Counted from the stretch's first letter, positions 34,927 through 46,300 are shown. The stretch is DNA of 62,000 nucleotides from Wallemia ichthyophaga EXF-994 (GCF_000400465.1 NW_008806275.1:429656-491655); one strand, 5' to 3'. A program made the numbers and translations. The notes: generated by a model not told the origin, from the sequence alone.

Positions 34927-35270
34927 ATGTCATCAACAGTGTTTAGACCATTTAGATTTTTAGTGAGAAATATATCCAACCAATCAGATCAATTCTAATT
35001 AACTCAATTATCAGCATCGTATGGCACATGAGCAACCAGTCTACTTGTGGTCATTTGGGATTGGTTTAGCTGGCCCAGTAATGGTTTTAGTTGTCCCTGA
35101 AATACGCAAATCTTTCTTCAACTGGAAGCCTGCTGATCGCTTGCCAACTTCATATCCCCGTGGGTGTTATTGTACACCTGAATATACCCATTAACTCACA
35201 CACACACACAGTCCCAAACCGTGAGAGAAGGTTGGTTGCTGGTTTTGAGGATAGCCAGGATAACCAGTAA
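34927..35270 (+). CDS. NI9M: NADH:ubiquinone oxidoreductase 9.5-kDa accessory subunit (NI9M/Nuo9.5); 3 exons, not in the ORF track
   Basis: Spliced read is MSSTVFRPFRFL|HRMAHEQPVYLWSFGIGLAGPVMVLVVPEIRKSFFNWKPADRLPTSYP|LPNRERRLVAGFEDSQDNQ*. Intron 1 is 34963-35014 and intron 2 is GTGGGT..CACAG. The HE.P..(F/L)S..IG..GP and P.SYP.P.R.R....GF/YED motifs are typical of this family. Confidence 0.85.
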
Positions 35271-35326
35271 ATTCTTGTACTATCTACGATAAATTCATTT
35301 CAATTTCATCCTTAGACCCATCCATC

Positions 35327-35944
35327 ATGACTGATTTAGCTTCTCCTTCCACCTCACAGGCACCCCAGCCAGTTCACGTTTTTTACTGTGGTATTTGCCA
35401 GTTCCCTGTCGAGTACTGCGAATTCTCAAACTCTTTTAAGCGTTGCAAGCAGTGGTTGGAGGATGAGCACCCTGATGTCTACGCCGACCTCTACTCCGCA
35501 GATGCCCTGAAAGAAAAGATGGGCTCTCTATCCCTCGAGGCTGAGCAGAAGCTCGAACAAGACGTCGCAAAGAACGAAGCCAGAGCCGAGAAGAAGGCTC
35601 TCAAAGAAATTGAACAAAAGAAATCCTCCAAGATCACTATCATCCGTGAAGAGAGAACTAAACGCAAGGTTACCACCCACATACAAAACCTAGATGCTTT
35701 CAACGTTGACCTTAAACCCGCTGCCAAACTGCTAGCTCAAAAGTTCGCTACTGGTTCGAGCGTCACTAAGAACCCTCAAGGCAAAGATGAAATCGTTGTA
35801 CAGGGCGACGTCACCGATGAAGTCGAGGATATGCTCCACGCTCGTCAGAAAGTACTCAGTACTCTACCCGAGAAAGTTAAAGTCGTCAAAGAGGATAAGA
35901 AGAAGAAGAAAAACACCGAGGAGGATCAGCAGCAGCAAGAATAA
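35327..35944 (+). CDS. TMA22: Translation machinery-associated protein 22 / DENR (SUI1 domain), intronless
   Basis: VFYCGICQFPVEYCEFS, ITIIREERTKRKVTTHIQNL and KFATGSSVTKNPQGKDEIVVQGD. Confidence 0.93.
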   Translation: MTDLASPSTSQAPQPVHVFYCGICQFPVEYCEFSNSFKRCKQWLEDEHPDVYADLYSADALKEKMGSLSLEAEQKLEQDVAKNEARAEKKALKEIEQKKSSKITIIREERTKRKVTTHIQNLDAFNVDLKPAAKLLAQKFATGSSVTKNPQGKDEIVVQGDVTDEVEDMLHARQKVLSTLPEKVKVVKEDKKKKKNTEEDQQQQE

Positions 35945-36056
35945 ATTATCTGTTTATGTATCAAAAGATAGATGCACTACTTGTCTTAATTTCTTCCTTT
36001 TGTCGTGGCTTTTATCTTCTTTTTGGTATCTTTATGTTGAGTGTATTCGCGTACAC

Positions 36057-37056
36057 CTAAAATATGCTTGTCTCAAGCGTCCACGTTCTTCTCGACCAAA
36101 CCTTGACTTTATTCTGCGACTCTTTATCATCATCCTCCTCACCCCTGCTGAGATCAATATCGATTCCATCCCACCAGCATTTCCTAGCTGGTTTACGCCA
36201 AAATAGGAGAAGTTTCTGCGCCGTCATCATCTGGTTGTTATCGATTTTCGCCTCTTTATCCGGCCCCGCAATGATACCAGTGTTGAGCAAGACGAGAGCG
36301 ATGGACGTAATGCAACATCTCGCCGGCTCCAGCGCTCTGTACCCCCATTTATCGTCTCTGCTAAAACCCGACATGCACAACATATCAATAAGATGTTGCT
36401 CCGCTACGTTATTCTCCTTGTTCACATTACGCTGCAACGCAGTGAATATCTTCTGCCTCTGGTGCAAACTGTGCCCAGCATCCAACTTTAATTTGAATAG
36501 CGCCTCATTCGGTGTACCATTCTCCAGTGTCCGCGCGGGGGAATCGCGCTGCGGAATGACAAAATACTCGAGCTCCTCCCTCAAAACTATGACAGCCTGC
36601 TTAGTGAGAAGGGGATTGTTAGCGAGTTCGTATGCCCATTGCGTGTCGTATGTCCCGTTGGGCGAGGGTGTGATTAACGACTGATGATACTGTATTGTGC
36701 CGGGACTTGTGGCTGTGCCGTAGAAATCTGTCGCTGCTTGTTTGAAGAAATCGATTACGTATCTGAAGCACTCAGGATCGAACTGTGTAGGTTGTGTGAG
36801 TGGTGTGATATGCCTTGCTCTACTGCACACTCACATCCACATAGTATATGTCATCCTCTACACTCTCATCCTCCTCAGAAGTAGACGTGTTAGGTGGCTT
36901 CGATAGTACCAACCCATTCGGGAATAGACATAGCAGCACCGATTCAGGCATATTCATCAGCTGATCGCGCTCGACGACGAATGAGTGTCCTCTGAGATCT
37001 AAATTTAATTTCATGACCAGCTGCGAGCTGAGATCAACGCCATTTCCTGTATCCAT
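36057..37056 (-). CDS. WHI2: Whi2-like BTB/POZ-domain protein (one intron)
   Basis: LDLRGHSFVVERDQLMNMPESVLLCLFPNGL, YYVD|FDPECFRYVIDFF, IVLREELEYFVIP, HLIDMLCMSGF and LLLFWRKPARKCWW. Confidence 0.75.
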
Positions 37057-37317
37057 TGTGGAGATTGTGGGTGTCGTGGGTGTCGTGTGTTGTGGTCGTG
37101 GTGGTTGGGGTTAAGAGGGGATAAGAGATGAGATGAGCGCTGTAGATGAGAGATGCGAGATATATGAGGGATAAGAATGCTTAGACTCGTTCTATGTTTC
37201 AATATAACTTGCACATTTCCACCTTCTTGCAGCCAAACACCCGTGACCAATAAACCCGTCGGTAGAATCACTCAGCCATCTAGCCCCATTAACACACCTT
37301 CAACAGCCACACGTACA

Positions 37318-37692
37318 ATGTCCACCTTCAGCAGATTCGCTAGCTGGGCCAAATCTCCCGCAGCGAGGGAGTACTTCTTCTCCACCCATTTCTGGGGTCC
37401 AGTAGCCAATTGGGGATTGCCATTAGCTGCTCTAGCCGACTTACGAAAGGATGAGGAAATCATTTCTGGCACCATGACAGCCACGATGGTTGTTTACTCT
37501 ACAACTTTCTCCAGATTCGCGTGGAGAGTAAACCCACGCAATTACTTGCTTCTCGCTTGTCACGCTACAAACGCAGTAACCCAGTCTGTCCAAGCCCTTA
37601 GATTCTCCAATTACTGGTACTTGGGCGGAAGAGAGGGTAGGTTGGCTGAGAAAGCTTCGCTTGGTGCAGACGCTGCCAATGCCGGTAAATAG
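37318..37692 (+). CDS. MPC1: Mitochondrial pyruvate carrier 1 (intronless)
   Basis: [33 protein letters not shown] and [20 protein letters not shown]. Confidence 0.95.
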   Translation: MSTFSRFASWAKSPAAREYFFSTHFWGPVANWGLPLAALADLRKDEEIISGTMTATMVVYSTTFSRFAWRVNPRNYLLLACHATNAVTQSVQALRFSNYWYLGGREGRLAEKASLGADAANAGK

Positions 37693-37758
37693 ATAGACGT
37701 AATGGATAATTGACAATGCATGGATATTCTGATTCCTTATTCTTACTCGTGCTCTAAC

Positions 37759-37788
37759 TTGTACTTGCACTTGTACTTGCACTTGCAC
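37759..37788. repeat. Short 6-bp tandem repeat (CTTGT/CA) between the convergent 3' ends
   Basis: cttgtacttgcacttgtacttgcacttgca, five units. Confidence 0.6.
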
Positions 37789-37789
37789 G

Positions 37790-38383
37790 CTAATTTACCT
37801 CCTCCGCTTTCACAATCAACGCCCCCGGATGGCTGGGATCTTGCGACGGTGATGCTCCGATATCCTTCAACCACTCCTCCAGCTAAACTGCAAGGTGATT
37901 GCTGACGTCTTTCATTTGCCGACTGGGCACGATACCCGTCAGCAATCTAAGGTCCCTCTCTGGGAACTTATGCGCCGTCTCTACTACCACCTCTTTAGCC
38001 TGCTCGAGAGTCATCTGGGCGACGTCGGTGATCAAAGCGGGAGGTATTCTAGTAACTCTGCGTATCTCAATGCACCCAGCGACGTTATCATCCACCGTGT
38101 AATCCACTCCTAGCTCATTGAGATAGTCGCATATCGCTTTCTCCATATTCACATCCTCGACAACGGGCACGCCTTCGCCCTCCTCACCTACCACTACAGG
38201 CCTGCTTCCTAGTGGTAGCTTGATGTCGACGCACTGATATCGCAGAAGCGCATCGTCTACTATCTTCTTGGCTTTGTGCAAACTACCCGCACCGTGGCAA
38301 TCTACTTGAAAACGCTGCGAGTCTAGCGCGTTAGAGTGCGAGCGCTGCATCGTGTCACTTCTAATTTTGTTTATTTGCTCCAT
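37790..38383 (-). CDS. Small protein with two degenerate Smr-like domains; in-frame TAG at 37883-37885, frame continues to TAG at 37790-37792
   Basis: Repeat 1 is VDCHGAGSLHKAKKIVDDAL...MEKAICDYLNELG...AGCIEI. Repeat 2 is TDVAQMTLEQAKEVV...LRLLTG...HLAV*LEEWLKDIG...HPGALIV. Both follow the Smr pattern DLHG....EA...IITG...V..(Y/W)L...G....PG...V. Confidence 0.6.
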
Positions 38384-38540
38384 TGTGGAAACTGTTCAAC
38401 TAAGGTGGCGAACAAGTTGAAAGAATGAGTGCCTGAGTGGCTACTTATGTCATGGATCAGAGGCAGAAATCAATTCAATTCAAAACATCGAATACGTCTA
38501 AGAGTGGTGCTTTTTCATGTTAAAATTACAATTCTATATT

Positions 38541-41021
38541 CTACTTCTTCTCTGCTTGCTTCTTCCTATAATCTTCAACCATCTTCATTTGGATGTTTGG
38601 TAAGACTGGCTGGTGGTCCTTGTACTCCATTGAGAACTCCCCTTTGCCTTGAGTGAGACCTCTGATATTCGACGAGTACCCAAACATATCGTTCAGAGCT
38701 ACTTCACAGATGAGTGTAAATTCTTCATCTCTAATCTCTGTGTCTATGATAGTACCTCTTCTTTGATTGATCCCGCCAATAACCGATCCTTGGAACTCTA
38801 TTGGAGCTACTATCTCCACCTTCATGATCGGCTCAAGAATCACTGGTGATGCTTTATGGAACGCGTCTCTGAACGCTCCAGCTGAGGTGATCCTGAATGC
38901 CATTTCAGACGAATCCACAGGATGGTGAGCACCATCTTCGACAATCATCTTCACTCCTGTCGTGTTATGTCCAGATAATGCACCTTTAGCCAGAGCGTCG
39001 TGGAATCCCTTCTCAATTGAAGGCATGTAGTTGTTAGGTATGTTACCACCAGTAACTCTATTCTCAAATCCAACGTCTTTGCCATTCTCATCCACACTCA
39101 TTGGCTCTAACCTACCAATCATCTTACCGAATTGTCCAGCACCACCCGATTGTTTCTTGTGCGTGTATGCGAACTCTGATGACTGCGTGATGGTCTCCCT
39201 GAATGCTACCTGAGGTTTACCCACTTGGCAGTCGACTCTGTACTCTCTTCTCATTCTTTCGACATAAATATCCAAGTGTAGCTCACCCATTCCGCTGATA
39301 ATTGTCTCTTGCGACTCGCTATCAACGTGCACTCTAAATGTCGGATCCTCCTTCTGGAATCTGTTTAAAGCCTTACTGAAATTTGGCGTCTCCTGTCCAC
39401 TTGGTTTGATGGACAACGACACGACAGGATCTGGTACGAACATGTTGGTCATTGTGTATGAAGTAGTGCCATCAGTGAAAGTGTCACCTGAGCTACACTC
39501 TACACCGAACATAGCGCAAATTTCACCAGCACCGATTGAGTCGACATCCTCCATATCGTTACTATGCATTCTCACCAGCCTTGGTACTTTAACCTTCTTG
39601 CCCGTGCGAGCATTGAAGATGACGCCGCCTCTCTTCAAGACACCCTGGTAGACTCTCATATATGTCAATTGACCGAATCTGCCTTCTTCGAGCTTGAAAG
39701 CGAGACCGACGAGTGCAACGTCAGATGCTGGTATGACTTGGACGGGTGGACTGTTGACTGGCAGCTTAGTATCAGTCGCTTCGACAGCGACCTCGGATGG
39801 ATCGGGCAGGTATGCACAGACACCGTCAAGCACAGGCTGAACACCTACGTTCTTGAATGCACTGCCGACATATACGGGTGTGAATTTACGCGTGATTGCC
39901 GCTCTACGTATACCAGCAGCGAGGTCGTGGTTACTGATAGGCTCCTCCATAATGAGTTTGTCTCCAAGAACCTCGTCTGCGTCACAAATTTGCTCAACGA
40001 GTTCTTGTCTCTTTTGCTCGGCGAACTGCTTGAGATCAGCTGGGATCTCATCAGTCTCGACGACATCCACACCCTTGTATCCGTGGTTGTAGATAGCCTT
40101 CCATCTCACAAGATCAACAACTCCTCTCAGATTGTCCTCTGCTCCAATTGGTACCTGCACAGCTGCAGCGTTCAATCTGAGTTTCTGTCTGATTTGGTCA
40201 ATCACTCTCCATGGATTCGCTCCTGCTCTGTCCATCTTGTTGATAAAACAGACACGAGGGACATTGTAGCGCTTCATCTGTCTGTCGACGGTGATAGTCT
40301 GCGATTGGACACCTGAGACTGCACACAGAACCAATACTGCGCCATCGAGTACTCGTAATGCTCTTTCAACCTCTATAGTGAAATCGACGTGTCCGGGCGT
40401 ATCAATGATATTAATAGCGTAGCGCTCCTTCTCGCCTCCCTCGCCCATACCGTCTTTTTCACCAGTAAGAGATCTTTCAAGAGCGGGTGGAGTAGCTTCC
40501 CAATCACAGAATGTGGCAGCCGATTGAATAGTAATTCCCTTCTCTCGTTCCAGCTCCATATGATCCATTTTGGCACCAACGCCGTCTCTTCCTCTGACCT
40601 GAATGGTGTGCGATTAGGTGGGCCTTATCTGGCGCAAGCAGACGCACCTCGTGGATATCCTTTACTCTGCCAGTGTAGTAAAGCACGCGCTCTGTGAGTG
40701 TTGTTTTTCCAGAATCTGTAATCCATTTGAGCAAATGGAGCGAGAAGACAACCAAGGCAACCCACCAATGTGAGCGGATATACCGATGTTGCGCTGTTTG
40801 CGCAATCTGGCTAGATCGATATCAGTCAACTCTACAGCTTCTGGCGGTGGTTGGTTTGATGTTGGCGCAGAAGAAGCCCATCTGAGTATATGTGATGGGG
40901 TGGCAGCAGCAGGCATAGCGCCAGGTGTGCCAATGCGCATCTGAGATACGGTGGCTCTAAGTACTCCACTGAGCGCTCCACTGCGAGCTACTCTGCTCAC
41001 TCTCGCCGCTCTGCTAATCAT
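38541..41021 (-). CDS. MEF1: Mitochondrial elongation factor G1 (two introns in the 5' part)
   Basis: Arg-rich presequence, RNIGISAHI|[61 protein letters not shown] and KGEFSMEY. Confidence 0.96.
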
Positions 41022-41140
41022 AATGCTCGACTTGAAGGAAGAGGCGTCTAATTTGAAATTGAAAAGGGATAGAAATACAAAGTCAGGACTGTTCCATCCA
41101 AATAAAGCATTTATTATTCGTCATTTTTTGGTCTCGTTAT

Positions 41141-42738
41141 TTATTTTGATAGCGCTGAAAACACCTCTCCCGCTCTCACAGCGCCTACAGAGAGAAGACT
41201 GTCTGAGAGTCCGTGAGACTGTTCATTCTGACCAAGACAGAACACGCGTGGTTTAAACACTTCCTCACTCTCCGGCGCAACGTAGTAATTACGCTCAACC
41301 AATGGTGGCACCTTAGCGCTGGGCTCGAGTTGCGCTACAGACAGAGCTGTCTTCAGTTTAGGTAGGTATGGCGACACGTCTCGCAAAAACTCCAGCTGCG
41401 TTGGTGGACGCTCATATCCAGTTCCTAAAAAGACGGCATCATACTCTTTTGATACTGGTGTCTCAAGATTTTCACGGTCGTTAAAGTCCAGCGTAGATTG
41501 TATGTCAAGTATCGTACGCTTACCGTTGAGCTTAACGGCTGTCACTTTGCTGTTTGACTTGATGTTGTATTGCGCTGCTGGGATGGGCAGTCCTGCATCT
41601 CTGGCTATGTCCTCCTTCACCCGCTGCTTGTAAAGAAGCTTGTAGAGCCCTTCGAGAAGCTCCGGTGCAACACACGAGTAATTGGCCCTCTTAAACTCTT
41701 CTAAGCGCTCCATCCTGGCTTGTGGAGTGAGTCTGTTGAACTCATCCGTCGAAGCTGGATCGAAAGCTCTAGCATTGACGAACGGACTGTCATCAGCTGG
41801 GACGAGTGCCGAGGCTCTGTAGATAAGATCGACGTTGGCATTTGGATAGCGATTGATGAGGTCGTTGTATACCTGCCAATTTTGTCAGTCAATGTTTACT
41901 TCAGAAAATCAACCCACCTCTGCTGAGGACTGTCCTCCACCAATAACTGCAAAGCTGCCATTAAACTCTGTGTTCTCTTCATGGTGACCAAACAAGTATC
42001 TGAGTGTAGGAAGGTATTGACATGTGTGAGTTATCGCATTGTTTGCTTTTTCAGCAGTGGAGAAGACTTGTGGAATCTTAGGTATAGCGCCTACTCCGAC
42101 AGAGATGTTTCGCGTGTATCTTACGTGGATAGTCTCAGTAGGATAGTGTACCGACGTGACACGAAGTTTGTGCACCTTAGTGTCCTCAATGACTGGCTCG
42201 ACATTGAGAACGCGAGTGGAGTATTCGACCACGTCACTCAACCTTTCAGCAGCCCAAGTAAGGTATGCTGCCCATTCAGTACGAGACGGCGTCCAGCATC
42301 CGATATTCGAGAAACCGGCTAAACGATCAATACCATGAGAGTGAAGGTAGTTGACGAAGGTGTAAGTTGAAGCAGGGTTACGGAATGTTGCGAGATCCTT
42401 TAGAAAGCTAATTTGCATCCTAGATGCAGGTAATAAAAGTGGAGCATGCCTATTTTTCGGTGTCAGACAACTTTATCTTATCTGATCAGATAAAAATTAT
42501 TCCGCAGAACTCACCAGCTGAATTCATCCTTAACTTCCATAAAGAGACATTTTTCACTTTCGCTGCTGCTCTCTTCATGTGCGATAGCGAGTGCGAGATG
42601 TGTCGGACCCAGACCGACTCCAATCAAATCATATAAGCTGTCATCCTCGACGCGAGGGAAGCGCTCAATGCTTGGAATAGGCGTAGAGGGAACGCTGTTA
42701 GGTGGTGTGGTCAAGCCGCTTGGAGGTTGTGCAAACAT
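41141..42738 (-). CDS. sidA: L-ornithine N5-monooxygenase (siderophore biosynthesis; SidA/Sid1); introns 42450-42514 and ~41877-41922
   Basis: YDLIGVGLGPTHLALAIA, FSW|HAPLLLPASRMQISFLKDLAT.RNP.S.YTF.NYL, FAVIGGGQSSAE, DDSPFVN, NYSCV, VFLGTGYER and SHGLSDSLLS. Confidence 0.93.
42478..42493. promoter_or_regulatory. Perfect palindrome TTATCTGATCAGATAA (two ATCWGATAA SreA/Urbs1-type GATA sites) in sidA intron 1
   Basis: The 16-bp sequence equals its own reverse complement. A third TTATCT lies at 42473-42478. Confidence 0.6.
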
Positions 42739-42879
42739 CGTCTGTCGTCTTCGTCAACGCTGACTTCTTCTTTATGAGAGCAGGAACTGCGAGCAATACT
42801 TACACAATCTAGAAGATCGTAAGCATTTAGGTATACTTGATGATACATACGCCTACTTACATCTTTATAAAATGTCCTA

Positions 42880-43084
42880 GGATAAGGATCAATATCAAGA
42901 AATTATCAATCTAATCACGATCAGATTTTTTTTATCCATCTGGTGCCTGGCATTGGAATACCCTATCGGCCTTTTCGGTCTATGGGCAAATTTACCGACT
43001 AAAGTTTGTCCTTCCAGGAAAATGCAAGTTCTGTGATCTGATAAGCATGTCTGATCTCTTATCCGTCTTTCGAGATAAGATAAT
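42880..43084. promoter_or_regulatory. Cluster of GATA elements upstream of sidA, including ATCTGATAA at 43036-43044
   Basis: GGATAAG at 42880, TTATCA at ~42903, TTATCC at ~42932, ATCTGATAAG at 43036, CTTATC at 43058 and AGATAAGATAA at 43073. Confidence 0.55.
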
Positions 43085-43316
43085 AATCACTTAGATCGTA
43101 CCTGAACTCGCTAATTTACTGTGTTTGCGCATAAATTAAGTACATTAGCCCTCTCATATTCTGTTATATAATCGGAGCGCGGCAGGCTTTTTCGCATAAA
43201 ACAAGATTATATTAAAGGGTTCTCCGAAGTCACACCATCTGACAGTTCAAATTTGAAGTGATTATATAGCTACATGAATACATTGATATAAGTACATCTA
43301 AAAAACACCGCCAAGT

Positions 43317-46300
43317 CTAAGCTCTAGCTCCTCTACTACGTTTACCTGTTGTTGCACCTGCAGAGACAGCAAGGCTCCTTCTTGGTGCATTTCCGGTCAT
43401 TCTCGTTTCAGTCCGCTAAGACCCCAAAGTCAGTATCGCCTGAAGCACCATATAAGAAAATACACCCACTTCAATCAAAGATGTTCCGTCCCTGAATCTA
43501 GCTCTAAATATAACATTGGCGTTGGAGAATAGTCTGTGCGTTCAGTCGGTTAGATGGTGGGCGGAAAATATCATATGAACGTCCTTACCCTTCTTTAAGA
43601 GAGACGACGATGAATTGCGAGCCTCTGAATCTGTTTCTAAATAGATGACCAATGTGCTAAAACATCTACATTAGCCCAAGTCACCACTCAATTGTTATGA
43701 ACACACCTGCGTGTGCGACAAATCGAGCGCTGCATCGATCTCATCTAGAATGTACATCGGTGCAGGACGGAACTGCAACAAGCTCATAATGAGAGAGAGA
43801 GCAATCAGAGATCTGTTGAGATAGTTAGAGAAGACCCTTCAGATATGCATGATATTGCCTACCTCTGACCACCCGACAATTCAGTCAGCGACTGCTTCCA
43901 TATCTGACCAAGTCTGACCTTGACTTCCAATCCTTGCGTGAGTTCTTTACCTTCAGGTGGCTGCAACTTTGCAAAGTTTCCTGGCAAGAGTTCGGCAAAA
44001 ATTTCACCAAAGTCCTTATTCACAATCTTCCAAGTAGACTGCAGAGCTTCCTTCTTGTAGTGATCCAACTCATGAATAGTATCTTCAATCTTTTCCTTAT
44101 CACCGAGGATGGTCTCCATCATTGTCTTGAGCGCCTGTTCTCTCTTTTCGACGGTATCGATCATAGTCATAACTTTACCGTTAATTTTGTTCTTTTGCGA
44201 CTTTTGAGACTCAGTCAGCTCATTCCGTTGTTTAGACGCTTGCTGAATGTTGATTTTGTGAAAGTCGTACACTGAGCCCTCCCTTCCGAATTCATCCTGC
44301 TCGTCCGATATCCAATCGTAGGATTTATCAAGTGCTTTGAGAAGAGCTGCATGTTTCTTGGATGCTTCCTTGGCATTGGCTACCTCCTTATCGACCGTTT
44401 TAAGCGATTGCGTGCCGGACTGGATGTTAGATTTCATCGTGGAGAGCGATACTTCTAAAGCAATTAGCTCATCTTTGTAGGTGTCTAGTTGATTCTTCTC
44501 TTTATTAAGTTTGGCTTCAGTCTGGTCATGCTGTTTCTGCTTTTTGTTGATTTCATCGTCAAACACCTTCAACTCAGCTTCTGCACTAGCTAAACCTTCA
44601 ACTGCCTCTTTATGCTCATCCATACAGCCATCTCTATCTACACCCAGCTGCTCAAGTTCTAGCTGTGCAGTTTGCACCTCCTTTTGCTGGCCTTTGATAG
44701 AGGTCGATTGTTTTTGCACATTCTTACGACGCTTTGCTACGTCCGCCTTCAGCTCTTCCAGCTTACCCCCTCTATCATTCTTGAACTCTTCCATTTCTCT
44801 CTCCAGCTTGTCACAGTCCTTTGTGGCCTGTGACTCTCTCTCCTTGGCCTTTTTGGCTGTAACTTCAGCATCCTCCAATGACTTCCTCAACTCTTCAAGA
44901 TCATTTTGAAGTCTAGTAGAGCTGCTTCCATTTAGCTGTTCCTCCAACAGCTCCAGCTCATGCTTCTTGAGATCGTGTTCACGTTTCAACTTTGTGTTGC
45001 GACTCTGCTCGCTCGACAACTTGCCAATCTCATCCCTGATACCCTTAAGCACACTCTGAGCATCCCTCAGTTTGATGTTTGCATCCCTCAATGTCTGAGC
45101 TCTGACTAGGATACCTGATCCGGATGGGGCGCTACCACCACTGAGCACACCTGAGGGATCGTAGACATCGCCCTTCAATGTCACACTCCTTGATTTGACA
45201 TTTGGATGGAAGGTAACTTTCTGAGCTGTCTCTGCATCTGCGCACACCAAAGCTTCACCGAAGACATACATCATCGCAGTAGCAACTTCTGGCTCAGAAC
45301 CTACCAAGGAGATGGCAGAGTGTACTTTCCCTGGAGCAAGCTTTTCAGCTGTTGACAGCTTCTCTGCTGACATTGTTGACGGCTTGATTTTGTTAAGCGG
45401 GATAATCGTGACACGCTTACGAAGTTGTCCTTTTTCAAGCAAAGCTGTTGACACCTTCTCATCTTCTACGACGACCTGCATGTAGTTAAGTTTAGGTAGT
45501 TGGATTTTGATAAAACTCACATTGTATAAACGTCCACCAGCACATACTTCCAACGCCGTTGCAAATTGTGTGTTCTTGGAATCCAAGTCTATCAGATTGG
45601 CCACCAAGCCGTGCACCTTTGAGCGATCAAAGTTCGGATATGGATTGCTGTATGAGAAGTCTAATGCTGACATTGAACCCTTGAGACGCTCACACTGCTC
45701 TGCAAGACCATTGACGTTCTTAGCTTGCTCCTTCTCTTCAGATTGAAGGGATTGTATCTTTTCCTCATCCCAGTCAAGACTATTTAGCTCGTTGACAAGT
45801 TTCTCGAAGGCACTCTTAACTCTAGTTATTTGTTTTGAGAGCTCCTCAGAATCAGATGTAGTGTCTTTGACTCGCCTCTCTTTGTCTTTGATTTCCTTCT
45901 TCAAGTGATCCTTCTTAACTTGAGATTGCTGGTATTCTGTCGCACCTTGAGTTGCTCTAGACTTGGCTTCTTGCATCTGACCCAAGAAACCACCAGCACC
46001 AGTGTCGTCCTTTGACGATGAAGCCAGACCGGTTTGCAGTGTCTGAAGGAGTTCTTCAGCTTTAGCTAAGGCGTCAACTGAACTTTGGTAGGATTCATCG
46101 ACAACCTTGAATTTGTCGGTGGTGGACCTGGTTGTCTTTTCTTTATCTTTGTAAGTTTTTTCTGACGACTCAACGGATTTTAGTAGTCCCTCCATATTCT
46201 TTTTTTCTTCAATGATATTTTCCCTCTTTATATCAGCTTGGGCACGAGACTTGACCAGTTCGGTAGACAGCTGCTTTACAAGCTTGTCTAGTTCAGCGAG

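Noticed and set aside
36064-36684. 206-aa plus-strand ORF
   Set aside because: It is an antisense shadow of the WHI2-like CDS.
37177-37317. In-frame upstream ATG extending MPC1 by 47 codons
   Set aside because: The extension lies in the shared WHI2/MPC1 promoter and does not resemble MPC1. ATG 37318 gives a normal-length protein.
39564-40316. 250-aa plus-strand ORF
   Set aside because: It is antisense to the conserved MEF1 GTPase domain and is explained by codon bias.
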